Made by a program: the position numbers and the translations under genes
DNA from: Felis catus
Taxonomy: Eukaryota
DNA: 60,000 nt
Reading direction: 5' to 3'
Assembly (NCBI RefSeq): GCF_018350175.1
Contig: NC_058368.1
Coordinates: 227,294,001-227,354,000, forward strand
The notes under the pieces: model-generated
The model's database searches: none
What the model was told of the DNA's origin: nothing
Seen by the model: only the letters and a program-made list of their open reading frames with translations
Part shown: positions 1-14,836 of the stretch, piece by piece
Numbering within the stretch: position 1 is the stretch's first letter
Layout: every line of letters begins with the position of its first letter

Positions 1-1248
1 CGAAGTAAAAGCCCAGCTTCCCAGACAGAATCTGTGATACTGCTCTAATGCCCACCCACCATCTGTATGGGGACTCTGTAAACACGTAGAAGAATTACGG
101 TTATACAGTGACTTCAGGGACTCGGGACTAAAAGCGAATCACAGACTCTTACGTGCCCCGTGTTCCATTTTCCTTCAGGTGTATTTATTTGCCATGAGAG
201 AGTTTCTAAAACTCAGTATGACACCAGAGCATTGGTGATCAACACCCTTTACTTCTGTGTTTCGTTTATCAACTGCCCCCAAAGACCCAGCAGTAGGAGA
301 CTGCTAATAAAAGAACAAAATGGTGAGCACTTATAAAGAGCCAGGTGATCCCTCCCCAAGCTCCCCCCCCTACACACCCATACCTGCACCGTGGCCCTGG
401 TGTATTGGTTGGAGAGATAATATTTGAAAGCCACAAAGCTTACCATCCAGATGGCTTTGGTCAACAGAGATAGCCCACAAGCCACTATTTGCAAACGTTA
501 TCGACGGTTTGCATTTCTTTCCACGTCTGGCACCTCGGGACCTGTGAGCTGAGGGAGGATGAGCTGCTCTGTGCAGCCCCGACACAGACCTAGGGGAATA
601 AATTGTATTTGTCCGATTGCGTTTAGTTCACATGAAATGTGATTTCTATGTCAGTCCGCATCGGCCTTTACAGGTTAGAGGGATCATCTTTCAACAGATC
701 CTGTCTTGAACTCCCGGCCTCCAAACTCACCTTTCCCTGGGCTTTCCATGGTCTGCTCCCCGCAGAGGGACCTTCCTCATAGTTGCCCTCAAAAGCAAGG
801 TGTCAGATCAGATCCTGCCCTGGCTTGACAAGAAGGAAGAAGAGCCCTCATTAGAGCCCTGATCAGCTGATGAGAACCCATAATGACTGTAATAACTTAG
901 AACCAACCTGGAGCCCTCATTATAACATGCTTCGTGTAAGGAGAACGCTTCTGCCTGGCACTCCGACCGCCCCAGAGAGGGAGAGGCGGCGTTTCCTCCG
1001 TTCCTGGTAGCCACCCAGCTTTCCTGCCAGGCACGTGGACCTAAGGAGTACACTGGCCTGCGTATAATCTGTCCTAAATCAATACCGTGCCGTCACGGAT
1101 GCCACTTAAAAAAATCTTGTGTGCACCTAGCCATCAGGCCAAGTGCCAGTCATTTGACCAACTGAAAATTTGTCCTGTGCTCCTAAGGTGTCGGGGGGTA
1201 CAAAGTCTATTTCAGGAACTCCCAGGCAATCCTGACGACCAGAAGTGA

Positions 1249-1560
<312 letters not shown>

Positions 1561-2274
1561 TAATCCTGCTGGCTGGAGGGTGGTAGGAATTTAAAGTCAG
1601 TGGCAGAGGTTTGGGCTCGCACGAGAAACAGCCATCAGGTCCCAGCTAGTACATGTCTGGTGGTCAGAGGGTCACTGTGCACTTGGCTGGACGCACACTT
1701 GGCCCTCTGTGTGGCCCAACAGTACATGGTCTGTCCCTCGGTCCCAGAGGGAGCTCTTAGGAACTGCTCTTATGCCGCTCAGGGCTGCCATTCACACGTC
1801 ATTCGCCCACGTTTCAAAAGAGCCAGGACGTTGGACCCACGCTGCACGCTTCCTGCTGAATCCAGGCCCCTGGGGTCTGGCACCAACCCTGATTTTCCAT
1901 TTTCCTTCCCTTCCTCTGCCACCGGGGATACTGCCTGAAACATTTCAGCAGGAAATTAGATCTAATTCCTATAATCTATAAATTAGGCATAGTTCCTGCC
2001 ATCAGGGGTTTGGGAGAACAAGGTCTTCACAGAGGAGAGGGATGGACTGATTTCTTAAACTCTTTTCCCGATCCCCAGTTCCTTTCTGGGAATGTTTCTA
2101 GGCATCTCTGCCTGGTTTCTTCCCGTCATACGTGCTAGTCTTTTAGCCACCTTTGTGAAATAATCTACGGTCAGACCGTGAGTACCTCCCTAAAGACCAA
2201 CAATTCCATTTCCAGATTAATTGCGTTTACTCCGTGCATCACTATTAAAAGTAATTTATGTTATGCCTATGAAC

Positions 2275-2278
<4 letters not shown>

Positions 2279-2320
<42 letters not shown>
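2279..2320. repeat. (TG)21 microsatellite
   Basis: Read directly. Confidence 0.95.
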
Positions 2321-2325
<5 letters not shown>

Positions 2326-3105
2326 GCACACATGTGCACGCCCGAACGCTGGCTAACATCATTCCTTGATGTATCTTTGTTAATTTTCTTTGTGAGTTAC
2401 TGGAGATTTTTGTCCGGAGCTTACTTTTACTTAACTCGTCCTCGGAGACATGAACTAAACTGCCTTATTCACTCTAATCACTTAATTTGAAATAAAGCAA
2501 AGACTTCTCACGGGCAGCAAGTCGCATCAGCAGCTCCCTGAGTATTTTGAGATGCGTGCTTTCTGAAGGGCAAACAAACAAATAGAAAAGCTGGACTTTG
2601 CCTACGATAAATATAGTAGGCATCTAAGGGTGGAAGAGAACACTGTCTCCCTGAAAAATGCTTTGCTGAGCACGCCCACGGCCCTTTTCCTTCTCGGTTT
2701 GAAACCCAGTCCTGGCCGATGCCTGCTGGGAGGGCTCGCAAATGCAGAATAAACATATCTGGTTAGTAAGATAGGAGCTGGATTCAGATGCCATCTGGCC
2801 CCCGGCTATTCCTGGTGAAGTAGTTATTTTAAACCTTGTAGTTTAAACGCCTGAGGGAATAAATGCAATTTTTGTTCCTAAATCTTTTATTACCCCTGCC
2901 TGCACCCCCAGCTTTACTCTTCTTGCTCCTTGAAAGCATTTAACTGCCGGATTTGGCAATGAGTAAATAGATCTTAGGCAAAGTCCTTTGAAATACCACC
3001 TTAGCATGGATATATAGCAAGCAGTGGCCAATGGTAAAATGAACATGGTTTATAACGTCTTGAATTTCAGTGGCAACTCTCATTTTTAAAAATTTGACTA
3101 ATCTA

Positions 3106-3324
3106 GGGGCGCCTGGGTGGCACAGTCGGTTGGGCGTCCGACTTCAGCCGGGTCACGATCTCGCGGTCCGTGAGTTCGAGCCCCGCGTCGGGCTCTGGGC
3201 TGATGGCTCAGAGCCTGGAGCCTGTTTCCGATTCTGTGTCTCCCTCTCTCTCTCTGCCCCTCCCCCGTTCATGCTCTGTCTCTCTCTGTCCCAAAAATAA
3301 ATAAACATTGAAAAAAAAATTTAA
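3106..3324 (+). mobile_element. Young felid Can-SINE (SINEC_Fc-type)
   Basis: ggggcgcctgggtgg head, (CT)n, A tail; 18-bp TSD aaaaatttgactaa(t/g)cta at 3088-3105 and 3325-3342. Confidence 0.95.
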
Positions 3325-3784
3325 AAAAATTTGACTAAGCTAATTGGTGTCTCATCATAGTACAAGAAAGCTCTCGGTGTGGTTCACGCAGGCAATGCTT
3401 TTCTGTGCCACTATTACTCTCAATGGTGCCATTATGTTCTAGTAAATGCCAAAGGGTTTATGAAAAATACTGCCGTCTCTGTTATATTTCACAATCACCT
3501 GGTCAATATTTGCTCAGTATCAAAATGAGAATTCTCCTGGGGTTGTCAGACCTTACTCGGGCCTCCTGTCCTAGCCCTTGCCTTCTGAAGTTGGCTGAGG
3601 GCCCCAGGATGGGAGGCCAAGATCCTAGCTCAGTAATGATGCTGCACCACTGTAAATCCTCTTGCCTCCCGCCTTTTCATCTCAGCCTTCTGGCAAGATC
3701 CCACTCCTGAACCACCCTGTGATGCACCTGTCACCACCTGCGTGCAGGTAGCAAGTGCTCCTGCACGAAGTTCAAACAGCGGAT

Positions 3785-4035
3785 GGGGCTCCTGGGTGGC
3801 TCAGTCGGTTAGGTGTCTGACCTCCGCTCAGGTCTTGATCTCGCCACGCGTGAGTTCGAGCCCCGCGTCGGGCTCTGTGCTGATGGCTCAGAGCCTGGAG
3901 CCTGCTTCGGATTCTGTGTCTTCCTCTCTCTCTGCCCCTCTCCCACTGGTGTTCTCCCACTGTTATTTCTCTCAGAAATAAATAAATGTTAAGAAAAATT
4001 AAAACAATAATAATAATAATAACAATAACAATAAA
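3785..4035 (+). mobile_element. Can-SINE with (AAT/AAC)n tail
   Basis: tRNA-derived head, cagagcctggagcctgcttcggattct core, A-rich tail. Confidence 0.9.
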
Positions 4036-5096
4036 GAAATTCCACAACAGGACCGACTAATCAAACCACGGATCCCTAGTCTCCTCACTCACCTTAGCTG
4101 ACTACAGTAACTAACTCAGAGGCTTCCGTACCCTCCTCACTCTCCCTGTAGACGAGCTCTCTCCCCACTTCTCTACGAAAATTGAAGCAACCAAATTCTT
4201 CAACTTCTGGCCACCAAACCTACAAGCCTACCTTCACACCCTGGCATCACTTCCGTTTTCCGCCATTTTAGAAGAGGTGTCCGTTCTCTGTGGTCCAGAA
4301 CCACTTCTTCCACCTGTGCCTTGGATTCCGTGCTTTCTCAAGAACTTTATTCAGTTTATCAGTGATCCATTCTGTCTCCCCTGGGTCATTTCTCTTAACG
4401 TGTAACATTTGAAGACAGGGACAATAAGAAGATTTTTCTGGCTCCCATGTACCTCTCTAGCCACAATCCTCTGTCTTCATTACTTCACAGCCAGACTTTT
4501 TGCAAGAGCGGTTTTCACTCACTGTCTCCATTTTGTTTTTCTTCTCTTTTATTCTTTTCCCGACTCCAGGTGGACTTCCACCCCCGTCAGCCCACCCAAA
4601 TAGTTCTTGCTAATGACCTTCATGTCACTTAACCCAGTGGACGTTCCCTGTCAACTTCTCAGACATCCCTTCACTCTGTTGACTGCTCCTTCCTGCACAA
4701 AACGTTCCCTCCCACTGGTACTCAGCACCACGGTCCTGGTCTGTCTCCTCCTTCTGAAGGCCCACCTCCTCTATTGCTGTGAACATGTGGACCTTTCTCA
4801 GCACCTTTCTCTCTGTCTCCTCGCTCTGTTCTGTTCTGTTGGAGAAACATCTAATTCATGCCCGCCTTCCAGATTGGATACCAAATATCTGTAGCCAGGC
4901 CCTCTCCTCTGAGCTCCAGACAATGTATCTAAATGTCCCTGTGGTAGCTCCATTCAGGTCCTGCAAAGCCACCCCAAGCTCGGATTCCTATCTTCTCTAT
5001 CAGACATTTCGGTTTTACGCAAATCAGTGGCACGCATCATCTGGTCAGAAACCCTGAACCATCCTACGAGCACCCTGTTCACCATCAAGCCTTTTT

Positions 5097-5322
5097 TTTT
5101 TTTTTTTAATTTTTTTTTCAATGTTTATTTATTTTTTGGGACAGAGAGAGACAGAGCACAAACGGGGGAGGGGCAGAGAGAGAGGGAGACACAGAATGGG
5201 AAACAGGCTCCAGGCTCTGAGCCATCAGCCCAGAGCCTGACGCGGGGCTCGAACTCACGGACCGCGAGATCGTGACCTGGCTGAAGTCGGACGCTTAACC
5301 GACTGTGCCACCCAGGCGCCCC
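5097..5322 (-). mobile_element. Young felid Can-SINE (SINEC_Fc-type)
   Basis: Reverse-complement consensus; perfect 16-bp TSD accatcaagccttttt at 5081-5096 and 5323-5338. Confidence 0.95.
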
Positions 5323-5358
5323 ACCATCAAGCCTTTTTGATTTTTTCCTAGATATTTC

Positions 5359-5542
5359 TTTTATTTTAAAAAAGTTTATCTTGAGAGAGAACACGAGCAG
5401 GAGAGGGCAGAGAGAAAGAATCACAAGCAGGCTCCACACTGTCAGCGAAGAGCCCGACATGGGGCTTGAACCCATAAACTGTGAGATCACGACCTGAGCT
5501 GAAATCAAGAGTCAGACACTTAACCAACCGGGCAGGCGCCCC
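5359..5542 (-). mobile_element. Older Can-SINE
   Basis: gagatcacgacctgagctgaaatcaagagtcagacacttaacc...caggcgcccc. Confidence 0.88.
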
Positions 5543-5714
5543 AGTCGTAGATGTTTCTTTTATCTGCCCTGCTCTCCCCATCTCTGCCTCCCCTCCCACC
5601 CGGATGTCTCCTCTCTTGCCTCTGCCTCTGCTCTGACCCACCTCCTCCCTTCCCCACTGCTACCCCTGTAATCCGTTCTTTTACCTCATCCCCTGCTTGG
5701 AAGCTGCTCCTGAT

Positions 5715-5847
5715 GAGGTCACCTGAGTGGCTCAGTCGGCTAAGCATCTAACTCTTGAATTCGGCTCAGGTCACAGTCACGGGATGGAGCCCCATGTCAG
5801 GCTCCACACTGAGTAAGGAGCCTGCTTGGGATTCTCTCTCTTCCCCT

Positions 5848-5899
<52 letters not shown>

Positions 5900-5929
5900 A
5901 TAAATAAATAAACATGAAAGAAAAAAAAA
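5715..5929 (+). mobile_element. Can-SINE with long (CT)n
   Basis: Head, gagcctgcttgggattctctct core, (CT)n, A tail. Confidence 0.88.
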
Positions 5930-6584
5930 ACCTAAGAAATTGCTTCCTGGTGTTCTTGAGGTAAAAAACTCAAAATCCTGCTCACGGCCAACAAGGTACT
6001 GAAGACCTTTGGCCTTGCTTCCTCTCCAGCCTGGCAGTCTCCTCTTGTCCCCTTGCTTCCTGCACTCCAGCCACGGGTACTCCGTTCGGGGCCTCGGTAG
6101 GGCAGAGCCCCCTTCCACTGGGGCTTTTCACCTCAGCCCCATCTTCCCCGGGAGGAAACGTTCTGCCTCAGTTCTCCCCACCTGCCTCCGACGCCTGCCA
6201 TTCCTGGCTAGTCTCCTGCGGAGACTGTAGGTCTCAGCTCAGACAGCACCCAGGAAGACGCCCTCCCTCACAGCAGCCTGGCTGTCCTAGCACAGCCACT
6301 CTTCCTTCCCTGTGTCAGCGGGCGCTCGCCAGCGCCACTGTGTGATTAAGGTCCCTGCTTCTCCGCTCGACCGTCCGCTCCCCAGGACAGAATTTGGGAT
6401 GATCTCATTGATCACTGAATCCCGGCACCCAGTACAAGGCCAGCACAGAACAGGCTCTCACTGGGAAAAATCCTCACCAGTGAGGCCCTAGGTTCCCCCT
6501 CAGAAAATAACCCAGTATTTTTGGTGGCTTTATCAGACTCAGAGTCATAATTCTGGACTTTAATTGCAGAAGGCCCCATGTTAT

Positions 6585-6803
6585 TTTACTTTATTTCATT
6601 TCATTTCATTTTGAGAGAGAGAGAGAGAGAGAGAGCACGCGTGCAGGGGAGGGGCTAGAGAGAGAGGGAGAGGGAATCCCAAGCAGGGTCCCAGTTGCCA
6701 GTACAGAGCCCAGCACGGGGCTCAAACTCAAGAACTGTGAGATCATGACCTGAGACGAAATCAAGAGTCGGACGCTTAACCGACTTAGCCACCCAGGCGC
6801 CCC
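6585..6803 (-). mobile_element. Can-SINE
   Basis: Reverse-complement consensus; TSD-like gcccc(a/g)tgttatt on both sides. Confidence 0.9.
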
Positions 6804-7955
6804 TGCCCCGTGTTATTGTCAGTTGGCAAACAATACAATCCACAGTGATGGTGTCAGCTTTGTGACAGGTGCTGGGCCACATGGCATTGAGCTATTAAAC
6901 ACGCAGGGAGGCTGTGAGAGCCACTGGCCCAGTGCTTCCCACCTTCCCTCGGTCCCAAATAGCCTGCCATGATTCTCTGGCTGTTTCCTGTCATCGCCAC
7001 ACTCGCCCTTCTTTCGGCCGAGTCCCTCTTTTTTCCGTCACCTCCACATCCTCCTCCGTGGCTCTGCTCGGCAGGCCTCCATCTTGCATGGCCATCCTGA
7101 CGGCCCTGGGGGTCTTTCCTGGACTTAGCAGCGGGGGGGATGATCCTTACGTATTCATTTCTTGCACAGTGAGTTTTCAGTCTCTGCACAAGGTCATCTG
7201 AGTTTGCTCTGTACGTTTTCTAGCTGCCAAACTTTATTGCACATGCACCAGTGTGAGTTTGCATGGCGGCTCCTTAGAGGCATCTAATGCTTTAGAGACA
7301 TCACTGCACATCTTGGCCCCATCACAAACCCCCCGGTCTTCTGTTTCAAACACAGTGCGTCCTTAGCAAGGCTTCCCCAGCTGGTGTTCGCGTTTTCAGT
7401 TGACATTTGATAGTTTCACTTGGAAGGAACAGGCACGGAGCCAGGTCCGGGCATCTTGACTTCTATCACTGGGCTCTGCTGTATCCTCCGAGAGCGTGAG
7501 CGCGAGTGTGAATGTGGCCTGACTTGTGTCCATTCACATTGTCGGTGCTGCGGGCAGCCTGGTGCGTCCGTGTGGCCAAGCAGTGCCTCTCTCTCCTGCA
7601 TCCCCGGAGGCTCCCTGTCCCAGTCAGCCTCATCTACTGGGTTTGAGAGGGACAGCCGGGCACGAGATTCATCGATGCTGTCAGCAAACCACCTCTAGCA
7701 TCTGATGCTTTTACAGCGTTCAGAAGTTTCTCTGTATTACCCTGCTTTTCTGTGTGTGTTCCCTACAGCAGCGGAAGGCACTCAACCAGTTAATCACGCT
7801 CAGTCTCCAGCTTCCTTTTTAACTTTCTGTCATCACTGATCTCTTGGCACTGAAGTGATCAGGATAAGCCTCCTCTGGTCAGGATCACTCGATGGCGGTA
7901 TATTTTGCACGCCTATTGTTCCACAGATATTTGGCCATTAAAGTCGCTCTAGCTC

Positions 7956-8070
7956 GGGGTGCCTGGCTCAGTCGGTAGAGCATGTATGTGACTCTTGATC
8001 TCAGGGTTGTAAGTTTGAGCCCCACGTTAGGTGTAGAGATTGCTTAAAAATAAAATCTTTAAAAAAAAAG
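7956..8070 (+). mobile_element. Short old Can-SINE (tRNA-Lys-like head, no CT tract)
   Basis: gctcagtcggtagagcatg...gtttgagccccacgttaggtgtagagattgcttaaaaataaaatctttaaaa. Confidence 0.85.
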
Positions 8071-8079
8071 AAAAGTCGA

Positions 8080-8296
8080 GGGGTGCCTGGGTGGCTCAGT
8101 CGGTTGAGCGTCCAACATGGGCTCAGTTTGTGACCTCACGGTTCATGGGTTCGAGCCCTACATCGGGCTCTGTGCTGACAGCTCAGAGCCTGGAGCCTAC
8201 TTCAGATTCTGTGTCTCCCTCTCTCTCTGCCCCTCCCACCTGTCTTTTCTCTCTCTCTCTCTCTTTCTCTCAAAAATAAATAAACATTAAAAAAAT
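8080..8296 (+). mobile_element. Can-SINE inserted at the tail of the preceding SINE
   Basis: Full consensus; flanked by aaagtc(g/a)a. Confidence 0.92.
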
Positions 8297-8726
8297 AAAG
8301 TCAATGTAGCTCAGGAATCGTCCCCCTCCCCCATTACTTTATTTTTGCACTCAGTATGCTCAGTGCCCTCCTGAATGTATGAATCCCCAGATGGCTCTGG
8401 ACAGAGACTGGGCTGCTTGTCTGAGTTTTGCCGACAGGAAGGTTAAATACGTTGTTAAATTTGTTGTGGGGACTCTACAGTCAGTAGAGATCAATACTTG
8501 ATTATTTTTTTTTCAATCCCTCTTGACTATTTTGTTGACTTATTCCACTTCTGTATGTTTGTATTTTAAATTTTAATCTGGCTTGCCTTATAATAATTAA
8601 CATTGGTGCCTTTAGCAGCATTTTTAATGAATTGCATCTTGTAAATGTTAAATGTGTATTTTTCTATAGACATCACTGATCACCACTACTGTTTCCTTGT
8701 GGACTTAGGGCCTCCCGTGTGGGTGA

Positions 8727-9275
<549 letters not shown>

Positions 9276-11052
9276 TAGAACTCGCCGACACCCCGTCTGT
9301 GCCTCCGACGGCGGCCGAGTGCTGCCCCGGCCCTTTGCGAATTGGGGGTATCCGCACAAGAAGCACATGCTCCAAGCTGTCAAGTGCTAGGTCGTGGCCA
9401 CAGGGGAGACGGTCGGAGAATGAAGGGGCCCCTGGAGATAGAAGAGGTCTTAGAGGGCACTGTTCAGCCTCCTTCGTTGCGTATCAGGGAGACCGAGGCA
9501 CAGTGAGTCAGGTCAGGGCGAGTAGGTATAGCAGTTTCGGTTTTTCTTACCCTCTATTGTCAAAAGTCAGTCATTCATCAAAATGGAGCTCCAGTGGGGC
9601 AATCCAATAGCGCACGGTACTTACATATTAATCAACAAGTGTTTTAGGACCCGCAGTACCTTTAAACTCATATTTGGGTTATTCTTAATTTCACAGCAGG
9701 GCCCCAGGCTTTGTTTATGCTTTCTGTACGGGCCAAACACAGTTGTGCATTCACGTACCTTCTGTGGAGCGAGCAGAGCCTACAGGTACCGTGGAGGGGC
9801 CCAGAAACGTTTTAAACAGGGTCTCTATCCTCAAGCAACGTAGCACACCTCATTTGGTAGCTAAGACCAACACAGAAGCGACACTCAGACGTGGATCCAG
9901 GAGAGCATGTAGACCTGCAGACGGGACACGAGGGCCACGGAAGCTCAGAGAAAGGAGATAGCGGTAAGGTCTGAGAGGCTCCTGGATGGAGACAGAGCTT
10001 GGCCTGCACCTCCGAAGCTGAGTCGGGTAGAAGCAGGGTATGATCTTACACCAGTGGCCCAAGCACTTTTTCATCATCAGTGTCAACAGCATCTGATTTA
10101 CGTGTATGCTCATCTGTTCTACCTTCGTTATCGGGTGTCACTGGGCTGTGTTTCCATCTAGCTGTAAGGTAGATATGCTTGGTTCCCTAAGGGCCCGGAA
10201 TAAGTCCCTGATCCCGCCTTTGACCACAGGGTACCCCTGTCATGTCAGAACAATAATTACGTTGACCACTTACCTCCATCCGAGAGGCAGGCCGTCAATA
10301 AAATCTGATCTCGTTGTTTCCGTCACTAGGACAACCACATCAAATTGGTCTTGATCGTAACAATCCGTCTCGTAACATTGAGCCACCAGCACAGGGAAAC
10401 CAGAGCAGCTGACCTGGTTCCATGATGTGACCCTTCACCTCTGAAGAATCAAAATCATAAAATCACAAAAGCCAGGCTTTAAAGACTGCACACATCTTTA
10501 CTTTGTAGAATTCTTAACAAACCACATTTTCTTGACCGTGTTCTTATTTTTACGCCTCTGCACATTTACATGACTTCTGTGAGAGCTTCGAGAATAAGAA
10601 TCTTTGTCGCTGATTTGCACGGTGCCCAAACAATTAGGCGCATCCGTGACCTGACGGGTTACAAAATAAATTACGGTAATTTTTTTTACTTCCGAGAGTT
10701 ACCTCTTACAGACGTGGCTTCTAGCCAGTCCATTTGATGACTTAAACAAAAACTAATTTCCAGCCTGCTTCTCAGGCCGTGGAATCGGGGTCTGCCTGAG
10801 TGTAGAGCTTCCCTCTTTGGAAAACAGTGATGTGGATCCATCATACTTAAATGTGTGTTTTGATTTCACAGCAGCTTGCCAGCCGTCTGAGTTAATTTCG
10901 AATAAGACTGTACGTTTTGTTTTCATTCAGATTGGCTTGGCTACAGAGGCTTTCCTTATGCCATTTTTTTTTTAAGTACAATGAATTGACGCATGATTGA
11001 CACCAGAAGGAAAAGGTTTGGCTCTGAAGTGTTTCTCCTGTTCTGCTTCTAG

Positions 11053-11502
<450 letters not shown>

Positions 11503-12424
11503 TAGCAAGAAGCTGGGCTGGCCTCAGAATCCAGATTTTCCGCCTCCCGCCCAATGGCCTTTGCGTTTTTCCGTGGAGTCGGCATGATGCTGTTTCACTG
11601 TGGTTGCCGAAGACTAGACGCTATGCCGGACACAGCAACAAAAACGCCCGGACTGTGAGGGCCGGTGCCTCCATCGTGACCCCGGCCTCTCTCGCCTGTT
11701 CATGCTCCGCCTTCCTACACATACGGCCCAGCGGTCACGGCCCTGCGTGCTCTGTGGCAGTCTGCCCTCCTCCGAATGAAGACCTCCCTCATCTACTCAC
11801 TCACAACTCAAGAAATCTATCTGGAAACTGGCAGCTGCTCCAAAAAAAAAAAAAAAAGAGTGGAATCATTTTTTCCATCTCTCAAGGATGGGACGAACAA
11901 ATAGAGCTACTTCGTTCGTTCCCTCCTCTGCTGCCTTCTGGAGAATCGATTCCGTCTCCGGAAGTGCTGGTCCTTCAGGAGGGCTGGTGGCCGCCCCTGA
12001 GGGCCTTCTGGTTTTGCTCGTTGCCCTTGAATGTGTTCTCGGCATGTCTCCCGCCCGGGGTCTCGTGCCAGTTTCCATGTCCTGGGAAGCAGCTCGTGTT
12101 GGCTTAGGAAGGGAAGCACATAAATCCCAAGCAGGACACCTTCTCCTGCCTCAGTTGGTTCCTGGGTTTTGTGTTTTGGATCATGAAGGTCGTCATCTTG
12201 GGTGGCTCCTGTAACCCAGCAGCTTTTTCAGTTAACGACTTCAGTTTCAGTCGCACAGGAAAAGAAAGTACGTGACCCCCACCACCTCTGTGCCAGAACT
12301 CCATCATCCCCTTTAAAAAAAAAAAAAAACGACAAGGCAAGTGATGTATTGGAGCCGTTTCTGTAGTGACCTCCATGACCTAGAGGCCCAGCACAGAGGG
12401 TACAGGAGCCACGTTGATCGACCA

Positions 12425-12600
12425 TCCGCTATGTGAGGGCACTTTACGCACATTGCGTTGACTCCCCACCGCCCTGTGTGACGGGTGCCGTTATTCCCAC
12501 GGTTCTGCTAGAGGAACAGAAAGGGGGTCTGAGTGGGTCCACACTTCACGCCGCTGGTAGGTGACCAAGCGGAGGTTTGACTCGGGTCTACCCCTCTACC
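12425..12600 (-). mobile_element. MIR relic
   Basis: MIR-core-like sequence (gccgttattcccac...gaggaac...ggaggtttgactcgggtct). Confidence 0.5.
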
Positions 12601-13422
12601 CTCACAGCGGTTTCTTCCCCCAGCGGGGGCCTCACTTCATGTTCCAGGCATCAATGTGATGTTCATTAAAACAGATGAAGGCTGAACTTCGCTTTTACTA
12701 GCCAGCCAGAGCTGAACTCGCCAACATGTGGGGTTCAGTGCTTTGTTTTCATACCCCTTCCTTTTCACTCACATAGGAAGAGAAAGTCTCATTTCCACGG
12801 AAGAACATGTTTGGTTTCCCGTAAGAAATACTTACTTAGTCTTCTTAAGTTAAACATCAAAATTAGGCTGTCCTGGCTGGACAGATGAAAAGTGAGTTGA
12901 GTTGGAAGGAGGGGGCCACAGAGCCACCGCCAGGCCACCCGCAGGAACAAGATGGAGGCATAGAGGCGGACCCTGAGCAAAGACTACCCAGAGAGCAGAG
13001 CGGGCTCAAAATCGCATGTTGAGACTCCAGAACTGGGCTAGCCTGGAGGGTTCCGTTCGGGTCAATGGAAAGAGCAGAGAGCCTTGGTCTGGTGGGCCTG
13101 GGTTCAAACTGTAGCTTGTCCAGCCCACAACCCAGAGCTGTTTCTCTTTGGATTCGTGTAAAGAAGATGCATCCTCCTGGTCTCCATGCGCTACCTGGGC
13201 TCCTGTACCCCACTCCCATCCATGGTCACAGTGGACCACCTGCCCCTTCCCCGCTTCCCCCGGGGCTGTCCTGTGGCCGGCCAATGCTTGCCACCCAGTG
13301 TGGGGTTATCTGTCTGTGGCGGCCACCCCAGAGATGGCTCATGCTGCCATGGGGCAAACAGCAGCTACTGGAAATTCTCTCGGGGATGTGGGCGCTAATT
13401 CTGCTGGCTTTTCCTCTTGTAG

Positions 13423-13554
<132 letters not shown>

Positions 13555-14799
13555 TAAAACTAGCTTTTGATGGACAGGCATCTCTGATGAGGAAAACTTT
13601 GATATTTCCCCGTCTCACCTCCCTCTGTAAGGTTACCGTGGCGTCGAGGGGGTCAAACGTAATTGTGAAACAGTTCCCTCAGGAAATAACAGAGGCTATC
13701 CAGCTTACCCGGATGCCAGTTCTCCAATGCCCTCCGAACCGTATCCGCTTTTAGGTTGTTCCTGTTGAGGTATCATTAATTTTTTTGCGAAGGGAAAATA
13801 GACTCTCAAGAAAACTGAATACGTTGCATTTTGCCTCTGTCTTTTGTTTATTAAATAAAACTAAGACTAAACTGACCTCAGAGCAGATGTGAAGGAACAG
13901 ACAGGGTGGTGCGCTTGAGCTCCTAGGCTGACGGAGCTCGTTCAACACTTGAGACCATGCGCGCTGAAGTTGTCCACACGGCCGACCTGGGTCCAGGTTC
14001 GTTTGGAGGCAGCAGACTTACTCCAGCTGAAAGCCTCTGTTAACAACAGCTCTGCCCCCTCCGCGGCTGCTGTCACGCCCTAGGGAGGCACATGACCCTT
14101 CAGACTTGCAGCCTGTGGCTGGGGGGGGACAGTCCCACCAATCATTTAATTCATGTCTATTTCATGAAAGCTCAGTTATTTGAACCTATAGACTTTTACA
14201 GCAAAACATACCCCCCCCCAAAAGATAGTATACGATGTTTTAAAATGAAAAATGGGGAAAGAAGCAGCTATTTTGCCTTGAACTTCTCCAGGACAAGCTC
14301 AGAGCCACGGCCGATACCACTTTATCTTCCCCCAGCAAGAGTCCTGGGATGTGAGGAGAGGAGGCCTCTTGGCCAGGGGCCCCAGCACATCAGTTTTGGC
14401 CAGCACAGGCAGTTTGGGCTCTGACTAGCTAAAGCTGGCCTCCCTCCTCCCCTCACCCCAGCCCCCCGCTCCCAGACTCGCGTGGACGTGGGAAATCCTG
14501 GGAGGCCACACGAGCAAGGCCCAGCCACAGGCTATATACGCTTAGCTCTTTCTTTCACATAGCCTCCGGATTCTCGAATATTTAGTTGTTTGTGGGCTTC
14601 TAGAAAAGAGCAATAGCTGTGGAGTGGGGCCCCAGAAAGGTTTCCTGTCCAGCTTGCCTCCCTGACCCAGGGCACACACCCCCCCCCCCCGCCCCAGGCA
14701 TCTCTGAGTGGGGATGAGCCAGGGGCGGAGACTCAAGTCTGGAAAGACAGTATCCACTGTGGGTCCACCTTCTTCTCTGTGGTCTACCAGCAGACTCGT

Positions 14800-14803
<4 letters not shown>

Positions 14804-14833
<30 letters not shown>
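14804..14833. repeat. (AC)15 microsatellite
   Basis: Read directly. Confidence 0.95.

Positions 14834-14836
<3 letters not shown>

Larger units (their letters stand above)
4130..6460 (+). mobile_element. Degraded LINE-2 relic interrupted by three SINEs
   Basis: CT-rich L2-like sequence ending in an L2 3'-end-like motif (tcactgaatcccggcacccagtacaaggccagcacagaacaggctctca). Confidence 0.5.

Noticed and set aside
6457..6484. Hairpin ctcactgg...ccagtgag
   Set aside because: An 8-bp stem is expected by chance in 60 kb; no miRNA-like extended stem.
7956..8040. tRNA-like sequence (gctcagtcggtagagcatg...gtttgagcccc); also at 41840
   Set aside because: tRNA-derived SINE heads with SINE tails; no intact cloverleaf.
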